Shown here piece by piece: positions 50,162 through 62,300 of a stretch of DNA of 64,000 bases; the stretch's first letter is position 1; every line of letters starts with the position of its first letter. The stretch covers positions 248,001-312,000 of the forward strand of contig CM061249.1 in NCBI GenBank assembly GCA_022605425.2. The letters are read 5' to 3'. Under the pieces are notes generated by a model, which was not told the origin of the DNA, ran no database searches, and saw only the letters and a program-made list of their open reading frames with translations. This DNA comes from Hamiltosporidium tvaerminnensis FI-OER-3-3 (taxonomy: Eukaryota; Fungi; Microsporidia). The position numbers and the translations under genes were made by a program.

Positions 50162-50902
50162 GTGGAGGGAGGATAACCACATAAAAAACTTTCTGCTTGG
50201 CAATGAGTGTGTGAAACTGGTGTGAGGTCATTGTTTGGATTTTTGGTGGGAATAAAACCACACTACATCTTCGGTTGTTCCATGGGAGTTGTTATGAGGA
50301 GGAGAGGTCTAAGAAATGGAGAAACTTTTTCTACAAATTTATTTGTAGTTTTTTATGTAACCAGATTGCAGACCGCAGCTGAACATGTAGGTAATTGCCA
50401 TGTAAAAGCATGGAAACCTAGCCTTGCTCACTCGGGTTAGAAGACTTAGCGCCTGGGAGATACAAAACAAAAAACCATTAAAGCCAGGAAAGCTAAGTAG
50501 CAGGTTATACCTGTTGGTATGACATTGCACTGTCTAGGTGGACCCCATGTAAATCTCTGAAATATATCTTAGCTAGAAGTTTATTGGGTTCAGAAAGTGT
50601 AGAGTAAGTGGGAATGCTGCATAGTCTTGGGGGAGCCCAGGGGGGGCTTCGGCCTTCGATCACACTCCATGCAACGGACATTAACGAACTCCGGGCAACT
50701 GCCTCGCCTATTATTTAGGTTCTACACACCTGGTAGATGAAAGGCTTTGGGACGTAGGTATCGCAGGGGTTACCGATGGAGTGTTGGGGTAGCAGTCATT
50801 TATGTTAAACCTAGAACTGCGTTAATGTCATGAAAACAAATATAACACTTGCCACTATTTTAAAAAGATGTGATACTTTTAAATAAAGTCTAATTTCTAA
50901 AA
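50162..50902 (+). mobile_element. ~735-bp SINE-like element, full copy C
   Basis: Nearly identical to copy A. 15-bp TSD ATGTCTAACTTATCT at 50146-50160 and 50903-50917. Confidence 0.93.
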
Positions 50903-51344
50903 ATGTCTAACTTATCTATTACCCTTTCTCTTTATTTTATATCTCCTTAATATTTTATTTTCCTTAATATTTATGTCTAACTTATCCATTACCCTTTCTC
51001 TTTATTTATCTACTTTGAAATATAAATTTCTTTAAAATATTTATTTGAGTTGAAATATAATTTTCATTAAAATATTTATTTGAGTTGAAATATAATTTTC
51101 TTTAAAATATTTATTTCGAGTTGAAATAAATTTTTATACTTTTTAAAATTTTAAAACAATTGTAGATCACTTCACACCCCTATAAATTTTCTAAACTATA
51201 AAAAATATATTTAAAATCTCTTTACACACAAATAAATATTCTAAAATTTTCTAAAATAATATATTAATATGAAATATTAAATTATTATTAAATTTAATTT
51301 ATCAATGAATTAAAAAATATGTCATTAACTATTATAAGGTTATA

Positions 51345-51602
51345 CCCATTATTCCTACATTTAAGTATTATTTTAAGCTTTAAGTATTATTCCTACCTTT
51401 AAGTATTATTCCTATAATTAAAAATTATTCCTATCATTAACTATTATTCCTATCTTTAAACATTATTTTAAGCTTTAACTATTATTCCTTTAATTAAACA
51501 TTATTTTAAGCTTTAAGTATTATTTTAAGCTTTAAGTATTATTCCTACCTTTAAACATTATTCCTATAATTAAAAATTATTCCTATCATTAACTATTATT
51601 TA
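51345..51602. repeat. Degenerate ~19-20-bp minisatellite upstream of STT3
   Basis: Alternating TATTATTCCTA..TTAA and TATTATTTTAAGCTTTAAG units. Confidence 0.8.
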
Positions 51603-51740
51603 CTTACGTAATTATATTTAATAAATTCATATTCCTTACTTCATTCATATTATATATTTACCTTAATAAGCCATTATCGTATATCTATTACCCAGAATAT
51701 TTGATACAAAAATTTTAATATTTTATTTTTTACCCCTAAA

Positions 51741-54545
51741 ATGAATTCTGTCTTAAAATTTTCACTGCTTTTTTTGATTTCAATTTTAGCATTTGTAATA
51801 AGACTAACAGGTATATTTAAATACGAACCAATTCTACAAGAATATGATCCTTATTTCAATTACAAATGTGTAAAACATTTAGTAAAACATGGTTTATTAT
51901 CTTTTATTAGATGGAACGATATGACTGTATGGATACCGTTTGGTAGAAAAATATTTAATACGTCGTATCCAGGTATGATGATATGTACGTATTTACTGTA
52001 TTGTATATCTAATAGTTTTCTTTTTTTATTGTCACATTTGTGTATTTCTCCATTAACTCTTTGTATATATTTTCCTGCTATTTGTTCTATACCTACTACT
52101 TTTTCTATGTATATGTTGTGTAATACACTGTTTGATAGGTCTTCTTGTAGTCTGTTGGCATCTTTTCTTTATGCACTTTGTCCTGCGTATATTTCTAGAA
52201 GTATTTCTGGATTTTATGATTATGAATGCTTTTCTATGCTTCTCATTCTTCTCTCTTTTAATTTTTATATCCAACTTTTTTGCATAAAAACAGAAAAAAC
52301 TGTTTATAAATGCATAAACAAAATGCATAAACAGAAGAAGAAGAAGAACGAGAATGAATTAGAAGAATATAAGGAGAGTAAGGAAGTAGAAGAAATTGAT
52401 AAAAGTAAAGAAGAATGTAAAGCTATATGTAAAGAAGAATATGAAGATAAATGTGAAGAAGAGCATGAAATAGAAAAATGTAAAGCTATATGTAAAGAAG
52501 AAAGTAAAGAAGAATGTGAAGAAAAGTATAAAATAGTAGAAAGTAAAGAGAAAAATAAGTACAAAAGTATGAATTTCCTTACAAATAATTTTAAGCCTTA
52601 TTTTAATACTTTTATATGTTTTATTATTTTCTATCAAATTCTATGTTTTAGTTGGGGTGGTTATACCTTTGTTATAAATCTTATTTCTTTACATTCATTG
52701 GCATTGATTGTAGTGGGTTTTATTTACACAGTAATTGATAGATATACATTTAAAGGGAGAGTAAAGGGTGTTAATACTAGGGATAGTTATAAAGAGGATG
52801 TAAAGGGTGTTAATAATCTAGATAGTAATTATAACGGTGTAAAGGGTGTTTATGATAAGAATAGTAATAAAGAGAAAGTAAAGGGTGTTAATACTAAGGA
52901 TAGTAATATAGAGGTGGTAAAGGGTGTTAGTACAAGTACATGTAAACAAGACCCTTTAAGTATCAATACATGTAAACAAGACCCTTTAAGTATCAATACA
53001 TGTAAACAAGACCCTTTAAGTAATACTAATAATCATAATTCTGTCCTTTATAATAACACCCTGTTATTTATTGACAATCCTAAGGGATATTCTGAGATAA
53101 ATTATTGGGTTTTTACCTGTTATTTTATTGTAAGTACTTTAATTACTTATCTAGTACCTTTTATAGGAAGTAAGGCTTTATTTTCACAAGAACATTTATT
53201 TCCTTTAACTGTGTTTATATTACATCAGATAATAAAAGGTATGAATATAAGAAAAGGAAACAAAATTTTATTTTCTGTATTTTTACTGAGTTTTTTACTT
53301 ATTTTTTTTAAAAAAATAACTTTTTTAATTCAAAAATTGTTTTTAGGACGAGGAAGGTTATTGGACTTAATATTACGAAAGAAAGGCACATCTGCATTGG
53401 TAAATTCTGTAAGCGAACACTCACCACGCAGTTTTTATGGTTTCTTTTTGGATTTTCATTTTTTAATTTTAATATTTCCGTTATCTTTAAAGAAGTATTT
53501 ATATGAACATAAAATCGGTGTAAAATCTATTTTTGTTTTGCTCTACAGTTTAGTTGCTTTGTTTTTCAGTACCAGAATGTTAAGACTTGTTTTACTGTTG
53601 GGTCCTATTGTCTGTATAACCTGTAGTTATTATTTAATTTATTTAATAAAAAAATGTCAAAAAAATTTGACAGGTAATATTAGTGATATAGTTAAAGATG
53701 GAAATAAATGTGATATGAGTGAAGATGGAAATAAAAGTAATATGCGTGAAGATGGTAATAAATGTGATATAGGTAAAGATGGAAATATTGATGATAATGG
53801 AAATATAAGTAATAATGGAAATATGAGTGATATTAATGATAGTGCTAATACAAGAAATGGGTATTTGACAGATATGACAGATATTGGATCTAGTATATTT
53901 AATATTGGTAGCTTGTTTGTACTTGTTTATCTTTTATTTTTATATTGCTTACACAGTGTATGGATCACTTCTAATCATTATAGTGTTCCTTACGTTATAT
54001 TGTACAATTCTCGAAATGAAGTGATGGACGATTTTAGAGAAAGTTGGTCTTTTATGAAAAATAATATAAAAAATGAAAATGTGTTGTGTTGGTGGGATTA
54101 TGGATATCAAATAAGTGTAATGGGAGAAGTAAATACAATAAATGATAATAATACGTGTATGGGTGAGAGAATAGCACTTACAGGTAAAATATTTTTGAGT
54201 GAAGAAAAAGAAGCAAATTTGTTGTGTAAAAAAGAAAATATAAAATATATTTATTGTGTTGTTGGTGTAAGTAATTGGTATTCATCTGATGATTTGAACA
54301 AAATCGGTTGGATTAAAAGAATTGTGAGTGAAACATTTGGAGAATCGTATTTATCTATTAATAGAGATACTGAGGAATATAAAAATATGTTGTTGTATAA
54401 AATGAGTTATCATAAAATGGAGAATGTTGTTGGAAATATGTGGGATTCTGTGAGGAGAAGTAGGTTTGATAAATGTGAGATTAAATATTTTAGAAATATT
54501 TTTAATTCTGAAAATTATTTGATAAGAATTTATGAGGTTCTATAA
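51741..54545 (+). CDS. STT3: Oligosaccharyltransferase catalytic subunit with three low-complexity insertions
   Basis: EYDPYFNY, YPG, YISRS.SG.YDYE, SWGGY, SVSEH, DDFRE, WWDYGYQI, DNNT, DLNK. CCCC lies 4 nt before the ATG. Confidence 0.97.
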   Translation: MNSVLKFSLLFLISILAFVIRLTGIFKYEPILQEYDPYFNYKCVKHLVKHGLLSFIRWNDMTVWIPFGRKIFNTSYPGMMICTYLLYCISNSFLFLLSHLCISPLTLCIYFPAICSIPTTFSMYMLCNTLFDRSSCSLLASFLYALCPAYISRSISGFYDYECFSMLLILLSFNFYIQLFCIKTEKTVYKCINKMHKQKKKKNENELEEYKESKEVEEIDKSKEECKAICKEEYEDKCEEEHEIEKCKAICKEESKEECEEKYKIVESKEKNKYKSMNFLTNNFKPYFNTFICFIIFYQILCFSWGGYTFVINLISLHSLALIVVGFIYTVIDRYTFKGRVKGVNTRDSYKEDVKGVNNLDSNYNGVKGVYDKNSNKEKVKGVNTKDSNIEVVKGVSTSTCKQDPLSINTCKQDPLSINTCKQDPLSNTNNHNSVLYNNTLLFIDNPKGYSEINYWVFTCYFIVSTLITYLVPFIGSKALFSQEHLFPLTVFILHQIIKGMNIRKGNKILFSVFLLSFLLIFFKKITFLIQKLFLGRGRLLDLILRKKGTSALVNSVSEHSPRSFYGFFLDFHFLILIFPLSLKKYLYEHKIGVKSIFVLLYSLVALFFSTRMLRLVLLLGPIVCITCSYYLIYLIKKCQKNLTGNISDIVKDGNKCDMSEDGNKSNMREDGNKCDIGKDGNIDDNGNISNNGNMSDINDSANTRNGYLTDMTDIGSSIFNIGSLFVLVYLLFLYCLHSVWITSNHYSVPYVILYNSRNEVMDDFRESWSFMKNNIKNENVLCWWDYGYQISVMGEVNTINDNNTCMGERIALTGKIFLSEEKEANLLCKKENIKYIYCVVGVSNWYSSDDLNKIGWIKRIVSETFGESYLSINRDTEEYKNMLLYKMSYHKMENVVGNMWDSVRRSRFDKCEIKYFRNIFNSENYLIRIYEVL

Positions 54546-55063
54546 ATTAAGTGAATGTATTATTCGTATGAGGGAGATATAATATTAATTATGTTTGATG
54601 TAAAATATTTATTAAATGTTAGTGAAATTAATATTTATTAAGTGTAATATCTATTAAATCTTACTGAATGTAATATTTATTTAATATCTCGTAAATCTTA
54701 GTGAATATAATATTTATTTAATATTTGTTTAATATTTGTTTAATTTTTTATAATTTTGTTTAAAATCTGTTTTTAATTTAATATTTTGTTTTATAATTAT
54801 ATTTCAAGTGGTTTGATTATAACCTTTTAAATTAATAAGAATTATCGGGTTCTTTGTTTTCTATGTTTTAATATTTTTCTTATTTTATATAAATTAAAAT
54901 TAAATTTCATATTTTTTAATTGTGTTTTTAAAAATGGTTGTTTTAGAATTAAAAGTTTTTTTAGAAGGTAAAGCTGTTTTACTATTTAAGGGTTTTTTTA
55001 CTTTATTACTTTCAAATATTTTTTTAATATTAAAAAAAAATAAATCTATAAGAATATTGAAAA

Positions 55064-55962
55064 TAATGGGTATAAGAAAATATGTAGGCAGCGAAAAACA
55101 AGAAGAAAAAATAATAAAGGCTGCAAACAGGGCAAGTGAAGTGGGTGAGGTAATTAGAGAGTGTGCAGTACAAACAAGGTTTGACCGAATGCCTAGAAAT
55201 GGATGGAAAGAGATACAGAGCTACTACATGTATCGATTATAGCTGAGAGAAAAATCTGGTTATAAAAATATCTGAGGAGGAAATCGGAAAGAGGTCCGAA
55301 CTCGAAAGCTTCAAATGAATTGGTTGACACTGTTCTTGATCTTATTAATCGAATAGTCGGTGAATATGCTGACTTTCATGTACCTATGACGATAACAGAC
55401 GTTGCCCGAATTATCCTGACAGCACAGGTATGTTATGACGATGAAACACGTAAAAGTATGCGAGAGTTTAATTTAGACCTAAAAAATGCTCACTCGGGTT
55501 AGAAGACTTAGCGCCTGGGAGATATAAAAAAAAACTACATACCAATTAAAAGCCGGGAGAGCTAAGTAGCAGGTTATACCTGTTGGTATGACATTGCACT
55601 GTCTAGGTGGACCCCATGTAAATCTCTGAAATATATCTTAGCTAGAAGTTTATTGGGTTCAGAAAGTGTAGAGTAAGTGGGAATGCTGCATAGTCTTGGG
55701 GGAGCCCAGGGGGGGCTTCGGCCTTCGATCACACTCCATGCAACGGACATTAACGAACTCCGGGCAACTGCCTCGCCTATTAATTAGGTTCTACACACCT
55801 GGTAGATGAAAGGCTTTGGGACGTAGGTATCGCAGGGGTTACCGATGGGGTGTTGGGGTAGCAGTTATTTATGTTAAACCTAGAACTGCGTTAATGTCAT
55901 GAAAACAAATATAACACTTACCACTATTGTAAAAAGATGTGATATTTTTAAATAAAGTAATC
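55064..55962 (+). mobile_element. Chimera: internally deleted 5' part of an RT-REL element fused to the 3' part of the ~735-bp element
   Basis: ATG at 55066 begins MGIRKYV..IKAAN, followed by AVQTRFDRMPRNGW, LDLINRIVGEYA and MREFNL. The sequence switches at 55487 to TGCTCACTCGGG. Confidence 0.9.
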
Positions 55963-56007
55963 TTTTTACTTTATTACTTTCAAATATTTTTTTAATATTA
56001 AAAAAAA

Positions 56008-56892
56008 GGTGTGTGTCAACACTGCAACACGTCTAGAAAAACAGTAGACCATTTAGCAACGAGATGTGAAAAAATGCTTGGTCATGACTATACTAGACGA
56101 CACAATGAAGTGGTACGATGTATACATTTGCTCTTGTTAAATAAATATAAATTCAAGTCTTCAAAACGAATCAGAAGCCACTCAGTTCAAGAAATTCTTG
56201 ATAATGAGTATGCAGAGATAAGAGTGGACACCAGAATAAAAACTGATGTCAAAATTCGAAATAATAGGCCAGATATATTCGTTTTAGACAAGAGACGAAA
56301 TAAGATTACCCTCATTGACGTAGGACTCACCTCCCAAGACTCACTTCAAATAGTTGAAACAGAGAAACTTAGGAAGTATGACCTATTAGCAAATGAGCTG
56401 GGTCTTATTTACAAATGTAGTATAGAGATAATTCCTTATGTGATAACATGGGACGGTATTGTGACAAAATACCATAAGACTTATCTTAAAAGATTACAAA
56501 TACCCATAAATGTAGAGGCATACATTCAGTCCATAGTACTTAAGAAAACAGTCGAAATGATTTCCTTCGATCGACGAAGAGGAATTGAGTCAGGACCAAG
56601 TGCCGAAGAGAGCTGGGAGAGAGCGTCATTAAGTGTTATTATAGGAGCTGAGATGCATAAACAGCCAACACCCCCCTTAAAAGAAGTGAAGAACGAGGAA
56701 GATAGTGTTAAACAAGTAAATTCAAAAAATATTTTACCCCTTATTTTAGATGACGTAACCAGACCAGAGGAACCGACGATAGACATTAATGATAAGTCGG
56801 ATGTAGAAAAAGAGAATAAAGTGGTTAAAGTGATGGAAGAAATTAGTTAAACGAGAGAAAATTTGTTAACCCAGAATTTTATTAAATAAAAA
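56008..56892 (+). mobile_element. 5'-truncated RT-REL copy (CCHC and REL frame open, 56011-56850)
   Basis: Matches the C-terminus of the 1253-aa protein. 15-bp TSD TAATATTAAAAAAAA at 55993-56007 and 56893-56907. Confidence 0.93.
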
Positions 56893-56931
56893 TAATATTA
56901 AAAAAAAATAAATCTATAAGAATATTGAAAA

Positions 56932-57500
56932 CACCCATTGAAGTAGGAATCACATCCCAAGACCCTCTTCAAATAGTTGAAACAGAGAAGCTTAGGAAAT
57001 ATGACCTATTAGCCGAAGAGTTGGGTCTTATTTATAAATGCAATGTTGAGATAATCTCTTATGTGATGACCTGGGACGGTATTGTGACAAAATACCATAA
57101 GACGTATGTTAAGAGATTACAAATACCCATGAATGTAGAGGCATTATACAATCCATAGTACTCAATAAGACAGTCGAAACAATTTCTTTTGATCGATGAA
57201 GAAGACTTGAGTTTGGACCAAATGCTGAAGAGAGCGAAAGAATCATTAGGTGTTAGTTTAGGAGCTGAGGTGCATAAACAACCAATACCCCCTTTAAAGC
57301 AAGTAGACAACGAGGAAGATGATGTGTTAAAACAAAAAATACAAAAAATATTTTACCCCATATTTAAGATGGCAAACCACAGCGGTAACCAAAAATTAAT
57401 GCAAATGAAGATTCAAAGTTGGAGACGAGTTAGAAGATGTTAAAATTAGGAAGAGAATTATTTTAAAAGTTTGAAAGTTTGCTAATCTAGAATTTTTAAA
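56932..57500 (+). mobile_element. Older 5'-truncated, frameshifted RT-REL copy
   Basis: IEVGITSQDPLQIVETEKLRKYDLL, then frameshifts and a degraded 3' end. Confidence 0.9.
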
Positions 57501-57939
57501 AATATATTTTGGCAAATTTTGAATAAAACATAGAAGACTATCATTGTAAGAGTAACCATGAAAAAAAACAAAGCAAAGATTTAAAACAAATAAATATTGA
57601 GGTAAATAAATTAAAATTGAAAAAATCTTTTTATTTATTTTCCTTAAATATTTCTTAGTGACCTTTTTAAATGCATTTTCTGTTATTTATTCGTGATTTC
57701 TTATTTTCACTCGAAATTATCGTTAGAGGCAAAAATGCATACAGTATAAAATTTTTCTGACATAATGGTATCTATTAAATGAGCAAATCTGCTAAATTAC
57801 ATATTTGCTCAAAGGTAAAAATTATAACAGGAAATCAAGGGTTTGGGTTATAATTTAATTTTGCAATTCATAATTTCACAAGTGTCTATTAAACACCCAG
57901 TTATTTATAATACTACTCCTTTTTATTTTACATGTATTC

Positions 57940-60900
57940 ATACCCTAGCTCCGCCACGGATACGACGAGTTCTGATCTGCGAGTCCCAAGCCTGGATAAG
58001 AAGGAGGGTTTTCTATAGGGTAAACACTCCTATTTCTCAAAACGTATTGCTATGAAACCAAGAAATAAAAAAACGCCGAAAACAGATCAAATTAAATAAA
58101 TAAAAAAAAGATTTAATTAATATCGTAACATAAAATGGGTCCAGCTTTTTAACTAGGTGCATTATCAAATCTATCTAATAAACTTGGTAAATAAAAAAAC
58201 GATATTATTGCACTGCAAGAAATCAGATGTAAAGAAACAGGTGTAATAAAAAAAGGAATACTTGATGTTCAACGGATGTAATACGGCAAATGTACTGGAA
58301 ACAGCATTTGCCATAAAAAATAATCTAGTTAGAAATGTTTTGGAATATTAACTTATTGATAAACGATCTTGTTCAATAAAGCACAAGGGAAACTTCTTTA
58401 AACGAGATTTATATATTTTAATGCACTTATTAAAGATATCTACGAAAAAACAAAAGAGTTTTTTGTATAAAAGACTCACATATGACTACTCAAATGCCCT
58501 AAAAATGATATAGAAATTATCACAATTCCATTTTAATGCAGAGATCGGAAATATAACGTACAGGCTATTATTAGCAGGAGGCCAACCAAATTATAAATAA
58601 AAAAAGAATCAGATTAGTCGAATTCGCATTGAGTAAGACCAGTGCATATTCTAGCAGATATTCCCACATAAATCATACATAAATACCCATACAAATACCC
58701 AGATATTATGGAGAATATTCAAATCGATCATACGTTTATCGTTTTGAGACATTTTTATGAATATCACGAATATTACAAGCTTCGGAGGAGCAAATATAAA
58801 CCAGAATACATTTTTAGTCAAAATTGAATATAAGTGGAGTATAACATCCTAAAAATTGCTCTAAAAAGCAGCATAGGATAGATATAATACTATTATATTA
58901 AGCGATATAAACTTTAGAGAAAGACATGCAAAGACTTTTTAAATACTTAAGCATCAACAGGACTTATACAGCAGCTGACATAGATGTACCGGAACAAAGA
59001 TAAAGAAGAAGATCAAAGAAACTGCTGAGGAAGTGTTATGCTATAAAAAGCATCAGAAAATTATTATTGGTTCAATCAAGAGTGTAAAATTGCATATTCA
59101 CGAATAAAGCAAGATTTAAACTGGTAAAATGAATAACATATGTATAAAATAAGAGATTGGTAACGGCAAGAATCATTTCAAACCGTGTTTTAAAGAAAAA
59201 AGGAAGTAGGTGGTATACGGAGACTTCGGGAAATAGAAAGAAGGGCAAAGTGTAAGAGAATAAGGCGAATGTATTTTTAATAATAAATATAAAAACGAGG
59301 CTTCGTAACGAAAGTCTGTATTCTAATAGCAAAAGAAGGTAATATCTTAACGAAATTTAAAATAAATTCTAGCTACGTGGGCTTAATACTTTGAGAGCCT
59401 TCTAAACTGCATAGAAGAAAATATATCGGAAAGGGAAAATTATCGATAATTTAAAAAGAAAAGTATTTAAACTATCGAAGATTAAACACTCGAGGAAAGA
59501 ATAACTACCATTATGAGTTTGCGAAATTTTAGAGCATCGGAAAAAGATAAAATTTCTGTTTAGCTTTTAAAGGTTGGAGGGATAAATTTAGCAAAAATAT
59601 ACCAATTTGGTTAAACAATATGAAGAAAATACCTGATGAATGGAATCAAGTACGGAAATACCTCTAAAAAACCAAGGGTCAACTATAAAAGGCGACCATA
59701 GTAGAGGGAATATCTCTTTTAAATATTGGCTATAAAGTTCTAAGCAAAATAGTTTCAAATATGTTATGAGATTGGCTCGGGGAATAATCAATGATTATAA
59801 ATTTTGATTCTGTATGGATGGTTGACAACAATTCAAAAATTTATAATGAGTATTATCTTAGAAAAATGCTAAGATTTAATATTTATAGATATCATTATTT
59901 CTTGAATATGAACAAGTTTATGATAGTATTTATCGTAAACCCATTTTAATGATCTTTGTGATTTATAAATTCTTATTAAACTCATATGAATTGTAAAATT
60001 GGTTTAGTTTATGCTAAAGTGAAAAGAATTCTAGCAAAAAAAACTTCAAATAGGTAAGGAATAATCAGAGGCGTTAAACAATAAGATACATTATCGGGTA
60101 TATTAGTCCACTTACAAAGCAAAACATTTTTCGTAAGCTTGAAGGATATAAAAGTGCAATTGTTTGAAATAAAACATTATTATACATAAGATGCATTTGA
60201 CCTATGTATCATCAGAAAAAAAAGATGATATAAAATATTACTTTGGTCTAATTGAAAAAGAATCTGATTAAGCAGGATTATAGATTCGCAAGAGCAAAAC
60301 CAAGTAGGGTCATAATATTTTTGCAAAGTAACTTCAACAATTCTTGAAAAAAATACTTCATAGAGTTAGAAAAAGTATCGAGCTTTATATATCAAGGCCT
60401 TTTATAGATCAAAATAAAAAAAGCATAGATGAAATACAGAAAAAGATGAAGCAAGCAATGAAGTATACTTTGTGATGCCATATTTGATTAAATGAATCTA
60501 TAGAAGTAGAAATTGAAAAAATAATATATAGTACTATAATAAGACTTTTTTTTGGTATGGATCTGAGATTTTGTTAAGAACAAAAAGTGATAAAATATTT
60601 TAGACACGTAAGAAAGGAAAAATATCCGCAATATATTTGACCTAAAACATTAAAAAAATGTGCGAAAAATCCAAACAAATCAAGAAATTTATGATCTCTA
60701 TCCTAGAATAAAATATCAAAGCTAAAACAAAAAGAGGAAGATTGAGAAGCCTAGAACATTTTATACGAACGCCTCTTTATCAAAAGGAAAGCCAAGTATA
60801 TCTGTATAAATCCAATGAAAAGTAGACAAGAATTTGCATTGGAAAAGATTAAAGATGTTGTAGAAAAGGATCTGAGAATGCTTTATGTGCGGCAGGTGAA

Positions 60901-60990
60901 GGAAACAGGGCATGAAAGAAAATAATTCTCAAAAAATGTTAAGTAATCTTAAACTTTTAAAGTGTCTTTGCTCTTGTTATAGTAGTAGTT
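57940..60990 (+). mobile_element. Full-length but decayed RTE-clade LINE (APE endonuclease and RT)
   Basis: DIIALQEIR (58201), IQIDH (~58717), GISLLNIGYKV (~59708, frameshifted), YDSI (~59919), GVKQ*DTLS (~60070), YGSE (~60557), and a (TAG)n tail at 60980. Confidence 0.85.
57942..58014 (+). ncRNA. Decayed type-P1 twister ribozyme at the RTE 5' end
   Basis: ACCC-TAG-CTCC-GCC-[CGGAT..ATCTG]-CGAGTCCCAAGCCTGGATAA-GAAG-GAGGG, compared with the consensus UAA..GCC..GUCCCAAGCCCGGAUAA..GAGGG. Several mismatches. Confidence 0.6.
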
Positions 60991-61849
60991 TTATTGCCTT
61001 GTTTTTTCCTATGCCTCTTTATACCCCGTTATTTTCTATTCATTCATCTTAAAATCCCTTTAAATAGAATATGAAGTGTTTTTTTTACTTTAAATCTAAT
61101 AGGGTTTAAGTGAAAAAAAATTCTTTTGAGCTATTAATTACATTTTCTTTCTAAAAATATTCGTCGTTATATTTTTGAAAATAGAACATTATTCTTTTAT
61201 CTTAGCATTTCTTATATAAAAACTTATATGTGTTAAAAAAAGAAAAATAACAAAGTAAAATTAAATCCGATTTTTTACGCTTTTGTAGACAGATTTTTTT
61301 TATTGTTATTAAATTCTACCGTATTAGTAATAAAATTATTTGTTACGTCATTACAGGGTCATTATAAAGGAAATCATACGGAGCAGGTTTAATCTTTGCT
61401 CATGTCGAAATGTTTTTTTACCAGAACCCTATCGTTTATAAGAAGATTTTTATTTGATTGAATTATTACTTCTATGATTTTTTTTTGTATTTCACAGTAT
61501 ATTTAGTTACTTCTGTATCATTGGCAAATTCTTATAAATGTCAGAAGCTGTAGTTTTTGACGTTTAAGCAAGATATCTAGATGCTTTTACCATATTATAT
61601 ATTTCAGTCACATTCTCTAAATCTCACTGCGTATATTCTTGATCATAGTTATTTAATGTTATATACTTCGGAATTAATTCGATGACTAATACTTAATCAT
61701 CATTTATTTTCTAAGTCACTATACTACCAGAAAGAAAATTATCGAATCCAAGTTGACCGAAAAAAAATTTGAAATAGTGATTTACTTGTCGCTCCTTGTA
61801 TTGTTCTATTATAAGTCTATATGGCATCATTATGAAAATCAATACATCT

Positions 61850-62300
61850 TTTTTCTCGGTAACATATAACTTTTTTTCTAAACATTTTTAAATTGTTATA
61901 TTTTTCGTTCAACTCGTCCCCAAGCTTTTAAATGACGAGGTTTTTTCTGTATTATTAGCATTATGAGAGCAGTGAAATATGTTTACAGTAATTTTATTTT
62001 AAAATACTATTATCAGATTGAATAGCTACTAAATACAGAAATTTATAAATTAAAATTTTAATACATCTCTTACTGATTGTGAGTTTTTGTTTATTATCCC
62101 AAAACTCCAGAGTCGCTTTGTATAAATGTCGATTAAGGTTAAAATTTAACGATACCAGCATTTTTATTTCCGTATCTTCTATGATCTATACAAAAAATCA
62201 TAAATAAGTTATATTTTTGGTAATATTGATCATATCTATTAACTGACCTTTCTTAAATAAATTGAAAATACTACAGACCGCTCCAGCGTATTGCACATTC
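61850..62300 (-). mobile_element. Decayed rve integrase core (KRBA2/Ginger2-like)
   Basis: Ordered minus-strand relics: QLIDM (~62240), IQSDSG (~62115), GRVER (~61912). Confidence 0.55.
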
